From Bdellovibrionales bacterium (lineage in GTDB: Bacteria > Bdellovibrionota > Bdellovibrionia > Bdellovibrionales > UBA1609): a DNA stretch of 64,000 nt. The stretch lies in assembly GCA_020628165.1 (NCBI GenBank), contig JAHDFM010000019.1:10395-74394 (forward strand), in the 5' to 3' direction. Positions within the stretch are counted from its first letter, which is position 1, and each line of letters starts with the position of its first letter. Of this stretch, positions 1 to 9,627 are shown piece by piece. The notes under the pieces were generated by a model, which was given only the letters and a program-made list of their open reading frames with translations, was not told the DNA's origin and did no database searches. The translations under genes and the position numbers were made by a program.

Positions 1-1
1 A

Positions 2-3000
2 AATGGTGGCGAAGCTTGCTCCGTCGCCGGCCATGCCGGAATGTTTCGCTACAATTCAGGCAATATGGAGTTTTGTAATGGCAGTGCTTGGCAAACTCTG
101 GGAACAGGAACTGGTAGTGGCGATATTCTCGACGGTGGTAACACCGAAGCTGCTGATATCACTATTGGTACAAATGACAACTTTGATCTCAATTTTGAAA
201 CTAACGGTTCTACTCAATTGACTGTTGATACCTCTGGCAATGTTGGTATAGGAAATACTACCCCCGATCAATTATTACATATCGATAGTGGGGCGGCAGC
301 TACGAGTCAAATTCATATGGAGTCTAATTCAGGGGGCGCGAACAGCTATTTAAAATCTTGGTTTAATGGCACGGAGTATTCATTTTCAATTGGCTCAGGA
401 GCTTTACCAGAGATTCTTACCTTAGGTAATGGAACTGGTCATGTTGGCATTGGAACTCCTACTCCTTCTACACCATTGCATATAGATGCAAACTCGCCAG
501 GGTTATTAAGACTTGAGCGAGATACAACGACAGATAGTTTTGCTGCCATTCAACTTCACAATACGTCTTCTGGAGGAAGCCATAACTCAAGTTTTGGTTC
601 TAAAGCAGAAACAACATTATCTGACAGTTACACTTACATCTCTGGTGATGACACAAGTATACATCTTGCTGTCAGACGAGATGGTCATGTCGGTATTGGA
701 ACAACTTCACCACAGGCACAGCTACATGTACTTGATACGGGGACTGCGGGGACACCAGCAATTGATAGCACCACCGTAGGAGTGTTCCAACGTTCTGGGT
801 CTGCATCAAATCGATCGCGTGTTTCTGTGATTGCTGGCACTAGTGGGAGAGCGGAAATTACATTCGGTGATTCCAGTGATCCATTAGAAAGTGCGATCAG
901 TTATTCAAATACTGCAGACAGATTGCAGCTTGAGATTGCAGGTGCTCCAAGACTTTATATCGCCAACACAGGTCGCACTGGAGTTGGCGAACCAAGTCCT
1001 GACACCCTTTTGGATGTTGCAGGTACCATTAAGGTCGCCGATGGCGGTGAAACTTGCACTATCGCAGCCGATGCTGGGATGTTTCGTTACAACACAGGAA
1101 ATATGGAGTTTTGTAATGGCAGCTCGTGGCAAACTCTGAGTGTTGGTGGCGGAAGTGGTGACATTTTAAATGGCGGTAACACAGGCACAGTGACCATTGG
1201 TTCTAATACCAACAACGAACTGCGCTTTGAAACAGATAACACCGTTAGGATGCGAATGCTCGGCACTGGTGAAATTGGTATTGGTATTACAAATCCAACT
1301 GAAGCTTTACAAATAGGAGCAACGAGTAAGTTTAAGGTTGGTGGCTTGTCCGAGGGTCTTGAAATTGACAAAGACAGTAACTTCTCAAATCTTGTTTCTT
1401 TAGCAAATGGATTTTTATTTCAAATTGATCGTGTTGATGCAAGCTACAGTGATTTTGTATTTAATCATAACAACTCTGTCACTACAGATAATGAATTGAT
1501 GAGACTCACTGGTGACGGAAATCTAGGTATAGGTGTGATTAACCCTAATTCTACTTTAGACATTTTTAGTGCTTCACCAGGAACAAGCACAGACTACGTC
1601 GCTCAAATTGAAGCTTCCGATTATCAATTTGGAATCTCCAATGGCACAGACCTTTGGGGTTTCTCAAACTTTTCAGGAAATTTATACTTTCAACGCAATG
1701 GTGCAAATGCACTCACTTTGGCCGGGTCGGCGGCAGCTGGTTTTGGTGATACTGGGCCTGACGCTCACGTTGAGATCAGTGCCAACGGCACCTCGGGTGG
1801 CGCTGTACTAATGGTGAGTAGTAACGACGGTGGTGATGGTGATTTATTTATTGTCAATGAAGATGGTAACGTAGGAATTGGTATCGTTGGACCTGCAGCC
1901 CCCATTCATGTGAGTTCCACATCAGCTTCTGTTCTTGGTCAATTTGACTCCTCTCTTAATGCAGCTCTCTTAGACATAAACACAAGCAATGGCACTCCAA
2001 ACCGATCAGGAGTTCGCTTCCTCAACGCTGGCACCGTTGCAGGTCAATTTCATTATGATCACGCCGATTCAAGGCTTGAATTATTTAGTGGAGGTTCCGG
2101 GGCTGGTGATCGTAAAATGGTGATTTTAAATTCTGGGAATATCGGTATTGGTAATGACTCTCCAAACTCTACTCTTGATATTGATGGTGACTTCAATATG
2201 CTTGAAATGTCGTCCGCACCGACAGTTTCTGCTGCAGATGAAGGACGTATTTACTTTGATGCTACTGCCAATAAGTTTAAGGTTTCTGAAAACGGTGGAG
2301 CTTTTGTTGATTTAGTTCCAACATCTGGTGCAGGGGCTGGTGATATAATTGATGGTGGTAATTCTGAAGGGGCTGCAGTTACCATTGGTACCAACGACAA
2401 CTTTGATCTCAACTTGGAAGCCAATGGCTCTACTGTCATGACTATTGAAAATGATGGAGACGTCGGTATTGGCCTCACTTCACCAGCAAAGAAATTACAT
2501 GTCTTTGAAGCCGTAGGAGGCGATACCCTTTCAAGATTACAAGTAGGTGATTCTCTTGGTGTCTACCAAGGCTTCCAAAACAGTGCACAGACATGGGTTA
2601 TAGGTATTAACTCAAATGAAGATTTTATTATAAGAGATTCAACCAATGCCAGCGCTATTCCTTTTGAAATTGAAAATGGCGCCCCCGAAGGATCTCTCTT
2701 TGTAGACAGCACTGGTAATGTTGGTGTTGGAACATCCAACCCTTCAAGCATTTTAGATATAGTGAGTGAAGGGACCACTGATGTTAATTACACTATGTAC
2801 TCATCAGCTGCAGCTTTAACAGCTCCTGACTTTGTTTTAAAAAGAGCTCGTAACACCAAAGCTGCTCCGCAAGCCGTGCTTGATAATGACAAGTTAGGAG
2901 GAGTCCGTGGTGAAGGTTATGATGGTTCTGACTTTGGGAACTATACGGGAGTTTTCTTTTTTGCTGATGGCAATTTCTCACCAGGAGATACACCCACTCG

Positions 3001-3922
3001 CATTGAGTTTGATACTATGCCCGATGGCACTTCAACGGCTCAAACACGCATGACTATAAAAAATAGTGGAAACATTGGTATCGGAGAAACAAGCCCTGAT
3101 GAGTTATTACATATTAGCGCTCCTTCATCGGGAACACATTTGAAACTCGAAACACTAAATTCCGCAGGTTCTTTTATCAGATATCAAAATTCTGCCCATG
3201 AGTGGTCAGCAGGTATTAACTCCGCAGAAAACTATGTTATTCGTGACCAAACCAACTCTCAAAATGAAATTGTTGAAATTGAAAATGGTGCTCCTGCGGG
3301 AACATTTAGAATTGATAGTTCAGGTGATGTCGGAATTGGTACAACCTCCCCGGCCTCTCAACTTCATGTCGATGCCACTGGTGCGGGCGGCGGTGTTTGT
3401 GTTACATCAGACGGAACTTGCAGTGCTGTTCCGAACGGGGGTGAAATTTCAGCTGAAACCACCCTCAACACTGGTGCCGACTATGCGGAATACTTTGAAG
3501 CTGAAGAATCTATCGAAAAAGGAGAACTCGTTGCACTTAACCCTAAAACTGGTTTAGCCAGACGATTCCAAGTTGGAGATCAACTCATTGGAGTGGTTTC
3601 TACCAACCCAGGTGTAATTGGTAACTCAGAACTCAAAAACTCTGACAGGGCTGTACTAGTGGCTTTAGTTGGGCAAGTGCCAGTTGTTGATGCACAAATT
3701 TATGATAAAGATGGATATGTCTATACTAAAAGTGGTGAAGGTATTGGTTACCGTTTAGCCAACAATAATGTATATCTGAATATAAGCACCGGCACTCAGT
3801 CGTTGCAAAGAAAAATTAACTCTTTGCAAACAGAACTTAAAAAATTAAATAATAAGTACTACCAAGACATCATAAGCGTTAAAGGTCGTCTTGATGTTAT
3901 TGAAAAGCAACTTACAAAATAA
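2..3922 (+). CDS. Large trimeric fibre/adhesin (phage tail-fibre-like) with C-terminal Peptidase_G2-like intramolecular chaperone; 5' truncated by window
   Basis: Frame is open from base 2 (NGGEACSVAGHAGMFRYN...). Many G(N/D)(V/I)GIG repeats and duplicated modules. C-terminal GADYAEYF...IGVVSTNPGVIGN...VALVGQVPV followed by a coiled coil. Confidence 0.8.
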   Translation, partial: NGGEACSVAGHAGMFRYNSGNMEFCNGSAWQTLGTGTGSGDILDGGNTEAADITIGTNDNFDLNFETNGSTQLTVDTSGNVGIGNTTPDQLLHIDSGAAATSQIHMESNSGGANSYLKSWFNGTEYSFSIGSGALPEILTLGNGTGHVGIGTPTPSTPLHIDANSPGLLRLERDTTTDSFAAIQLHNTSSGGSHNSSFGSKAETTLSDSYTYISGDDTSIHLAVRRDGHVGIGTTSPQAQLHVLDTGTAGTPAIDSTTVGVFQRSGSASNRSRVSVIAGTSGRAEITFGDSSDPLESAISYSNTADRLQLEIAGAPRLYIANTGRTGVGEPSPDTLLDVAGTIKVADGGETCTIAADAGMFRYNTGNMEFCNGSSWQTLSVGGGSGDILNGGNTGTVTIGSNTNNELRFETDNTVRMRMLGTGEIGIGITNPTEALQIGATSKFKVGGLSEGLEIDKDSNFSNLVSLANGFLFQIDRVDASYSDFVFNHNNSVTTDNELMRLTGDGNLGIGVINPNSTLDIFSASPGTSTDYVAQIEASDYQFGISNGTDLWGFSNFSGNLYFQRNGANALTLAGSAAAGFGDTGPDAHVEISANGTSGGAVLMVSSNDGGDGDLFIVNEDGNVGIGIVGPAAPIHVSSTSASVLGQFDSSLNAALLDINTSNGTPNRSGVRFLNAGTVAGQFHYDHADSRLELFSGGSGAGDRKMVILNSGNIGIGNDSPNSTLDIDGDFNMLEMSSAPTVSAADEGRIYFDATANKFKVSENGGAFVDLVPTSGAGAGDIIDGGNSEGAAVTIGTNDNFDLNLEANGSTVMTIENDGDVGIGLTSPAKKLHVFEAVGGDTLSRLQVGDSLGVYQGFQNSAQTWVIGINSNEDFIIRDSTNASAIPFEIENGAPEGSLFVDSTGNVGVGTSNPSSILDIVSEGTTDVNYTMYSSAAALTAPDFVLKRARNTKAAPQAVLDNDKLGGVRGEGYDGSDFGNYTGVFFFADGNFSPGDTPTRIEFDTMPDGTSTAQTRMTIKNSGNIGIGETSPDELLHISAPSSGTHLKLETLNSAGSFIRYQNSAHEWSAGINSAENYVIRDQTNSQNEIVEIENGAPAGTFRIDSSGDVGIGTTSPASQLHVDATGAGGGVCVTSDGTCSAVPNGGEISAETTLNTGADYAEYFEAEESIEKGELVALNPKTGLARRFQVGDQLIGVVSTNPGVIGNSELKNSDRAVLVALVGQVPVVDAQIYDKDGYVYTKSGEGIGYRLANNNVYLNISTGTQSLQRKINSLQTELKKLNNKYYQDIISVKGRLDVIEKQLTK

Positions 3923-4063
3923 ATCTGATTTTGTGAACACAGATTTTAACTCTACTCTTTTCTGCAAAAGGATTTGATTAACTGATTTTTTTTAGGTTAT
4001 CGTTTTTGTGCAAATCTTTTTGCAGAACTGATTCCTCATTCCAATTAAGCAATGAAGAATCAG
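3921..4063. repeat. Three adjacent inverted repeats between convergent genes; probable terminator region
   Basis: Arms 3921-3927/3940-3946, 3960-3976/4011-4027 and 4028-4040/4051-4063. Confidence 0.6.
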
Positions 4064-4074
4064 CTTAGTTTGAT

Positions 4075-4779
4075 TTACTTCACTCTTTTTAAAACGTACA
4101 GGTAACCTTGCACCCCGTTTTCATCGTCACTTTGTCCGATGGTAATTCTTAAATCAGCATCTGTATACACCTCTGACAAAATACCACCTTTGAAAAAGCG
4201 CTTCACAAGTTCACTAGATAAATCTGTTTTTTCGCCTGCTAGCTCGTTGCTCTCTGACAAAGCTGGAAGGTCGACATGCCTTAAGTTTTCAGGAAGTTTT
4301 TTTATGCTAGTTAATTTATTAAATTGAACTTTTAAATCATCGCCGCCGTTAACGTTAAACTCACCACGAAGTAAAGTGACCTTTCTAATGTCTTTACTGA
4401 AGCGATTTAAATTATTGGTGACGTTATAATAGTAGCCATCTGGAAATACTACTTGATAAATATTATTCACGTCTGTTGTTGGATCAACACTGCGATCATT
4501 TTTTCTGTACTCGTAAGGCCCCCAAACCTGTTGCCAAGCTCCAGCAAGAAGATCTAATCTATTTTTAATTGGCTCTTGTGGTGCAAGTTCTAACAAACGC
4601 TCAACATAAGGCATGAGTTCATTTTGAATTTTGAAATCGGGATCGCCCTGCCCGATGTATTGACTTGCCACTTTAACAAGTTCTGTTTTAACGCTTTCAA
4701 CTGTTTTTAATTTTTCTGGAGCCATGCCTGCAAACGCACTAAAGCTCATCGTTAATAGAACAACGATTAATGATTTCAT
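4075..4779 (-). CDS. Secreted PAP/fibrillin (lipocalin-like) family protein
   Basis: Signal peptide MKSLIVVLLTMSFSAFA after a G-rich RBS. Motifs LLAGAWQQVWG, NNIYQVV and EVYTDADLRI resemble PAP_fibrillin. Confidence 0.6.
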   Translation of the reverse strand: MKSLIVVLLTMSFSAFAGMAPEKLKTVESVKTELVKVASQYIGQGDPDFKIQNELMPYVERLLELAPQEPIKNRLDLLAGAWQQVWGPYEYRKNDRSVDPTTDVNNIYQVVFPDGYYYNVTNNLNRFSKDIRKVTLLRGEFNVNGGDDLKVQFNKLTSIKKLPENLRHVDLPALSESNELAGEKTDLSSELVKRFFKGGILSEVYTDADLRITIGQSDDENGVQGYLYVLKRVK

Positions 4780-4905
4780 ATTTACCCCCCTATGAAATGT
4801 TACTAATTGCAACATACTTGAGCAGAACAGATTGTTCAATATATTTTGAACAATCTAGTCCGTGCCAGGTAAATACTTGTAATTGCTTAATATTACAAAA
4901 TGATG

Positions 4906-5829
4906 TTAAGCGTGAGCTTGATCATCGAGCCACCTTTCAGCGTCGATGGCAGCCATACAGCCTGTTCCCGCAGCAGTGACTGCTTGCCTGTAAACATGGT
5001 CTTGAGCATCTCCACAAGCAAAAACACCTTCAACGTTGGTGTAGGTGCAATCTGGCTTTGTATTAATGTAACCGACATCGTTAGTTTCAATAAAGTCTGT
5101 GAAAATATCAGTGTTCGGTTTGTGACCAATGGCTATGAAAACACCCTCTAAATTCATTTCAATGGTTTCATTGGTTTTATTATTAAAGACCTTTACACCC
5201 GTGACGGCTTTATCACCCAACACATCTTTAAGTTCTGTGTTCCAATGAATTTGAATTTTTTCGTGATTCATCACACGGTCCGCCATCACCTTGGAAGCTC
5301 TAAACGATTCACGGCGGTGAAACACATGCACTTTACTGGCAAAGCGAGTTAAGAACAAAGCTTCTTCCATGGCCGTGTCACCACCACCGACGATGCAAAC
5401 TTCTACGTCTCTAAAAAAAGCACCATCACAAGTGGCACAAGCAGAAACCCCGCGCCCTAGTAAGCGTCTTTCATTTTCTAAGCCTAGGTACTTCGCCGAA
5501 GCTCCAGTAGAAATAATGATAGATTTTGACTGATACTCTTTGTCTTTCACCCAAACTTTAAAAGGGCGTGATGAGAAATCAACTTTTGTGACGTTATTAG
5601 AAATAAAACGTGTGCCAAAGCGTTCGGCTTGCTTTCGTGTGATCGTCATTAAGTCAGGCCCCATAACACCCTCAGGAAAACCTGGGAAGTTCTCAACATC
5701 AGTGGTGGTCATGAGCTGTCCACCTACCTCTTCACCTTCAATCATTAATGGATTTAAATTTGCTCTTGCTGCGTAAATAGCAGCAGTTAAACCGGCAGGC
5801 CCAGAACCAATGATGATCACATTTTCCAT
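4906..5829 (-). CDS. trxB: Thioredoxin reductase
   Basis: GSGPAG, GGQLMTTTDVENFPGFP, CATCDG, GGGDTAMEEA, YRQAVTAAGTGC. Confidence 0.97.
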   Translation of the reverse strand: MENVIIIGSGPAGLTAAIYAARANLNPLMIEGEEVGGQLMTTTDVENFPGFPEGVMGPDLMTITRKQAERFGTRFISNNVTKVDFSSRPFKVWVKDKEYQSKSIIISTGASAKYLGLENERRLLGRGVSACATCDGAFFRDVEVCIVGGGDTAMEEALFLTRFASKVHVFHRRESFRASKVMADRVMNHEKIQIHWNTELKDVLGDKAVTGVKVFNNKTNETIEMNLEGVFIAIGHKPNTDIFTDFIETNDVGYINTKPDCTYTNVEGVFACGDAQDHVYRQAVTAAGTGCMAAIDAERWLDDQAHA

Positions 5830-5892
5830 AGTTTTTCCTCTGATAGAATTAAGTCAAATTTCACAGACAAATTAACAAAATATCAGTGTGAA

Positions 5893-6549
5893 TTAAAGTT
5901 CTTTTACTTCGAGCTGATAATGACGAGCACCATCATGGCTTTGTGACCATTTTATAAAAGTTTCAGCAACACAAGCGGGGTCGTCGACCACTTTGCTGTT
6001 ATATACCTTGGCTTTTTTGGGCAACAATGGAGTGCTCATATAACTTGGGCTGAACAAACGCAGATCAAAGGGCACACCTTCTAGCTGAACGGTTTTGATC
6101 AACCCAGCTAAACCATGCTTGGCAGAACTGTAACTAGCTGCGTTTGGATCGGGCAAAGCCTCAGCGACACTTGAGCCAGTAAAAATTAATTGCTCAAGCT
6201 CTAAGTTTTGCATGGCAAAATGTAAGAGCTTTGCTGGAAATAGCAAGTTCAATTGGTAGGCCCATAAGTGATCTTTATACTCTTTTTTTGCAAACGGACC
6301 GAAGGGCCCACCTCCAGAAAAATAATAAATGTGTGTCGGCCCAAATAGTTTTAAGTTTTGTAAAAAAACTGCGTGTGTACTTTCTTTGGTGGCATCAAAC
6401 TTTTGTGTAGTGACTTGGCCCCCTACAACTGACAGTGCAGCCTTAGGGCTTCTTGAACACACTAAAATTTCACTGGCATCCGTTGCAATTTTTTTGAGAA
6501 CTTCAAAACCCAAACCTTTTGCACCACCAATGAGGACATACTTTTTCAT
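5893..6549 (-). CDS. Short-chain dehydrogenase/reductase
   Basis: N-terminal GGAKGLG and YSSAK (YxxxK). Confidence 0.8.
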   Translation of the reverse strand: MKKYVLIGGAKGLGFEVLKKIATDASEILVCSRSPKAALSVVGGQVTTQKFDATKESTHAVFLQNLKLFGPTHIYYFSGGGPFGPFAKKEYKDHLWAYQLNLLFPAKLLHFAMQNLELEQLIFTGSSVAEALPDPNAASYSSAKHGLAGLIKTVQLEGVPFDLRLFSPSYMSTPLLPKKAKVYNSKVVDDPACVAETFIKWSQSHDGARHYQLEVKEL

Positions 6550-6591
6550 AGACCATCTTCTAAAAAATAAGTTAAACTAATTTAGTCTTTT

Positions 6592-6873
6592 ATGTTTAAA
6601 ATTAAAATTCCACAACTAAATAAAACGATCACAGCAGACCCTCATCAAACACTGATGTCGACTCTTCTTCGTCATGAAGTCCCAGTAGCTAGTTCCTGCA
6701 ATGGAGATGGTATTTGTGGTAAATGTGTTTTACAGGTTAAAAGCGAACAAGAAGTGCCTGATACGGAACTTGCTCAAAAACTTCGTCACAAACACCAATG
6801 GCAGCCATCACAAAAAGCCAGCTGCCAAGTTGTTGTCGACCACGACATCACAGTTCACAGCACCTATTGGTGA
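6592..6873 (+). CDS. 2Fe-2S ferredoxin
   Basis: CNGDGICGKC plus distal KASCQ. Confidence 0.85.
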   Translation: MFKIKIPQLNKTITADPHQTLMSTLLRHEVPVASSCNGDGICGKCVLQVKSEQEVPDTELAQKLRHKHQWQPSQKASCQVVVDHDITVHSTYW

Positions 6874-6874
6874 T

Positions 6875-7417
6875 TTACTGATTGTTCTTAGTCATTTCAC
6901 AAACCAGCCGGTGCTGATATCCCCAATGAGCCAGTAATAGCAAACGATCGTCACAAGTCTTAAACCAGTACTCAATTTCGCGATCGGCCTCTTCATTAGG
7001 GTAAATCAAATATCCATAAGCTGGATCGTACTGAGTGACCGTATGACTTTTTTGCTCCAGCTTGCCGGCAAAGCTTTCTTGTGCTTCAGCCACAGTCATA
7101 TCCTTAAAAGGGTTTTCACCAGTAAAAAAAGCATAACGACCTCCAAAGCGAAGGTCTCCGTCTCTAAGATCAAAATATGACACTCCAAATTGCTCGTTGT
7201 AACTATCATTACCACGACCAACATGATAGCACGAGCCGCTGACGACAAAGTCACTCACTAACACCCGTGAATCAAATTTATTACAAGCTTGAAATTTATT
7301 AAAAATAGCCTCCTGAGCTGGTGAACAAAAGCCAGGAAAGGAACAAAGGTTGAATGGCTTTTTAGCAAATGCAAAACTTGTAAAAATGGTGACAATTAGA
7401 ATGATCAAAGCTTTCAT
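6875..7417 (-). CDS. Secreted Cys-containing hypothetical protein
   Basis: Signal peptide ending SFAFA, GGGGAG RBS, 180 aa. Confidence 0.7.
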   Translation of the reverse strand: MKALIILIVTIFTSFAFAKKPFNLCSFPGFCSPAQEAIFNKFQACNKFDSRVLVSDFVVSGSCYHVGRGNDSYNEQFGVSYFDLRDGDLRFGGRYAFFTGENPFKDMTVAEAQESFAGKLEQKSHTVTQYDPAYGYLIYPNEEADREIEYWFKTCDDRLLLLAHWGYQHRLVCEMTKNNQ

Positions 7418-7573
7418 AAAACTCTCCCCTTAAATATGAGCTCTTATATGAAATTATTACTAACTTTCAGAGAGTTGAAAAGATAATTCTGTGAAGAGTG
7501 TTCAAAGTCTTTCTTTTTCAGGAAATTGCCATTTTTTTTAAGTATCAATAATGAAATGTTTTTGGGAGGGCAA

Positions 7574-8335
7574 ATGAAGTTTTCAACATCTATAGTTTTA
7601 TGGTTTACACTGCTTTTGACTCACTCGTTGAATGCCAAAATTTTTGAAGCTCAGTACCAAGACAAAACTTCCTCTGAAATTGAAGCTGAAAATGTGCTCT
7701 TCTTAGCACATGCCACCAAATATTGGGACCCAAGAGAAGCCACTGAAACTGCCACACTAAAAACACTGCAGTTTGCCAAAGACAATAATTACTACAAAAT
7801 TGCTACTATCACTGCCGGGCAAATCGATCACCCGCAATTAGCTCCAATGTATTTTTTCAGGCAACCCGATATTGATTCGATCATTGAAAGTCAGTCTGGC
7901 ACTCATCGCATCACATTTCGTGGTTTGAAGAAAATTTTGTTTGTAGGTGGCAACGTAAATCGCTGCATGTGTGAGTCTTTGCGCGATGTTGCTATTGAAC
8001 TTTATAAAAAAGATTTGCTGAATAACATTGATTTTTACATTGTCACAGATGCTTCTTTTGCAACCTACAATGACTACTCACCCATCACTGAAGTCAGTGT
8101 GGCAGAACAGTTCGCAACCACTTTTTTTGTACCCGCATTTAACTGTCCCAGCCAAAACTGGGGGCGTGCCATTGAACGACGAACGGCCATGCCAGAAGTC
8201 AATATGTCAGTTTACTTTCGCGGAGACTTTATTGGAAAGTACAACTTAGAAAAAAAAGACACCAATGAATGCAAAGATTGCAACCAGATCAATATGCACT
8301 TCATAACCTCTAATGATTTACATCTTTTAAAGTAA
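7574..8335 (+). CDS. Secreted hypothetical protein, possible isochorismatase/cysteine-hydrolase fold
   Basis: GGAGG RBS before MKFSTS and a signal peptide. ILFVGGNVNRCMCESLRD...YIVTDA resembles the cysteine-hydrolase nucleophile region. Confidence 0.5.
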   Translation: MKFSTSIVLWFTLLLTHSLNAKIFEAQYQDKTSSEIEAENVLFLAHATKYWDPREATETATLKTLQFAKDNNYYKIATITAGQIDHPQLAPMYFFRQPDIDSIIESQSGTHRITFRGLKKILFVGGNVNRCMCESLRDVAIELYKKDLLNNIDFYIVTDASFATYNDYSPITEVSVAEQFATTFFVPAFNCPSQNWGRAIERRTAMPEVNMSVYFRGDFIGKYNLEKKDTNECKDCNQINMHFITSNDLHLLK

Positions 8336-8529
8336 TTTCCTTAGACATTACTCAGTTAAATTAGATTTTAAAAGAAAGGTCTATAAATTTAAACTTCGTA
8401 ATATTAAAAGCTTTTTTGTAATAATCATATTTTAATTTCATTCAACTTAAAAGAATAAGTAGATTGTCTTAACTAATTCAACATCGCTCTTATGGTCGGC
8501 AAATTTATTATTATTTCTGAGTTATATAC

Positions 8530-9225
8530 TTATCGCTTATAAGCTTTCAAATAATTGATTTTGATATCTTGTTTTATAAATATCTTTTCAAAGTGTGTTA
8601 CAAAATTTGTGGATGCAAATTTTGAGCTGTGAAGATCATAGGTTAAATCTTCAATGACGTACTCACTGGCTTTAAAAAATTCATGGGCCCAAATAAAATA
8701 ATCGAGACTATCTGTTTTGAATTCTATAAAAGAATTCTCTTTTTGTTTTTTGTGCATCTCTAAGAGAAACTTTGCATTGATCAATCTGTTTTTCTTTTTG
8801 CTGCGCTTCACCCATGGGTCTGGAAAGTGAATGTAAACATTGTCGAGCTCATTGTCTTTGAACAACTCCCAAATGTAATTGGCGTTGTATCTAGCAATGC
8901 GAGCATTTTCACACCCTTGGCGTAAAGCTCGGCGTATAGATTGAATCAATGGTTTGTATTTTATTTCAATTCCTAGCAAACATCGCTCTGGATAAGAGAT
9001 GGCATGATGAGCGAAGTAAAAGCCATTCCCAGTTCCAATTTCTAAATCAAAAGGCACTGACTCATTCACTTTAAAAACATCTTCACGCCACTTGCCTCTA
9101 AAAGCGTGGGCACGCTCTTCGTTGAAAGAATAATTGGCAAACTCACCATCGATGGCTGCCGCATAGTAAGTGGGCTTTGGAATGTTCTTAGTCAATCGAA
9201 TGTGTAAGTTGAGGCCTTCTTTCAT
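8530..9225 (-). CDS. trmB: tRNA (guanine-N7)-methyltransferase
   Basis: LEIGTGNG, IHFPDPW, FKTD, THFEK. Start placed at MKEGL (9225), just behind a promoter. Confidence 0.92.
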   Translation of the reverse strand: MKEGLNLHIRLTKNIPKPTYYAAAIDGEFANYSFNEERAHAFRGKWREDVFKVNESVPFDLEIGTGNGFYFAHHAISYPERCLLGIEIKYKPLIQSIRRALRQGCENARIARYNANYIWELFKDNELDNVYIHFPDPWVKRSKKKNRLINAKFLLEMHKKQKENSFIEFKTDSLDYFIWAHEFFKASEYVIEDLTYDLHSSKFASTNFVTHFEKIFIKQDIKINYLKAYKR

Positions 9226-9231
9226 AAAGCT

Positions 9232-9260
9232 TTGATAGCAAATCAAGACTTGAGTGTCTA
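9232..9260 (-). promoter_or_regulatory. Sigma70-type promoter of trmB (leaderless geometry)
   Basis: TAGACA-17nt-TATCAA with extended TG, 6 nt before the ATG. Confidence 0.55.
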
Positions 9261-9627
9261 TTGTTGTGGTAAATTCTATAATTTTTGCGGGCTCTATCCT
9301 CATTGAAAAAGTTATTTAAATTCAACACCTTACATGTTATCCATTCGACTTCTAAGGGCTTGATTGACGTATGGTCATATGAATATGAATTAAAGCGGCT
9401 TAAGTAAAAAAACCTTAAGAAGCTTAGCGGCTTAAGTTCGGTCATGTGCAATGTATTTCACTAAAAGGAAACGAACATACGAAAGCAAATAAATTCAATT
9501 ATTGTGGTTATTTAGGTTTGAAATCTTGACTCTTTTTGAAAACATAATAGAGAACATCATGACTTGCCTAACATCTCTTATCGGCATAAATATCTTCTTT
9601 AAAACAATTCAAAAACTGGTGATCACT

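Noticed and set aside
2-3922. Fibre gene as evidence of a prophage or a DGR target
   Set aside because: No phage structural, integrase or reverse transcriptase genes in the window, and the differences between repeats are not adenine-specific.
9188-9451. 87-aa minus-strand ORF
   Set aside because: Overlaps the trmB start and promoter and has no recognisable motif.
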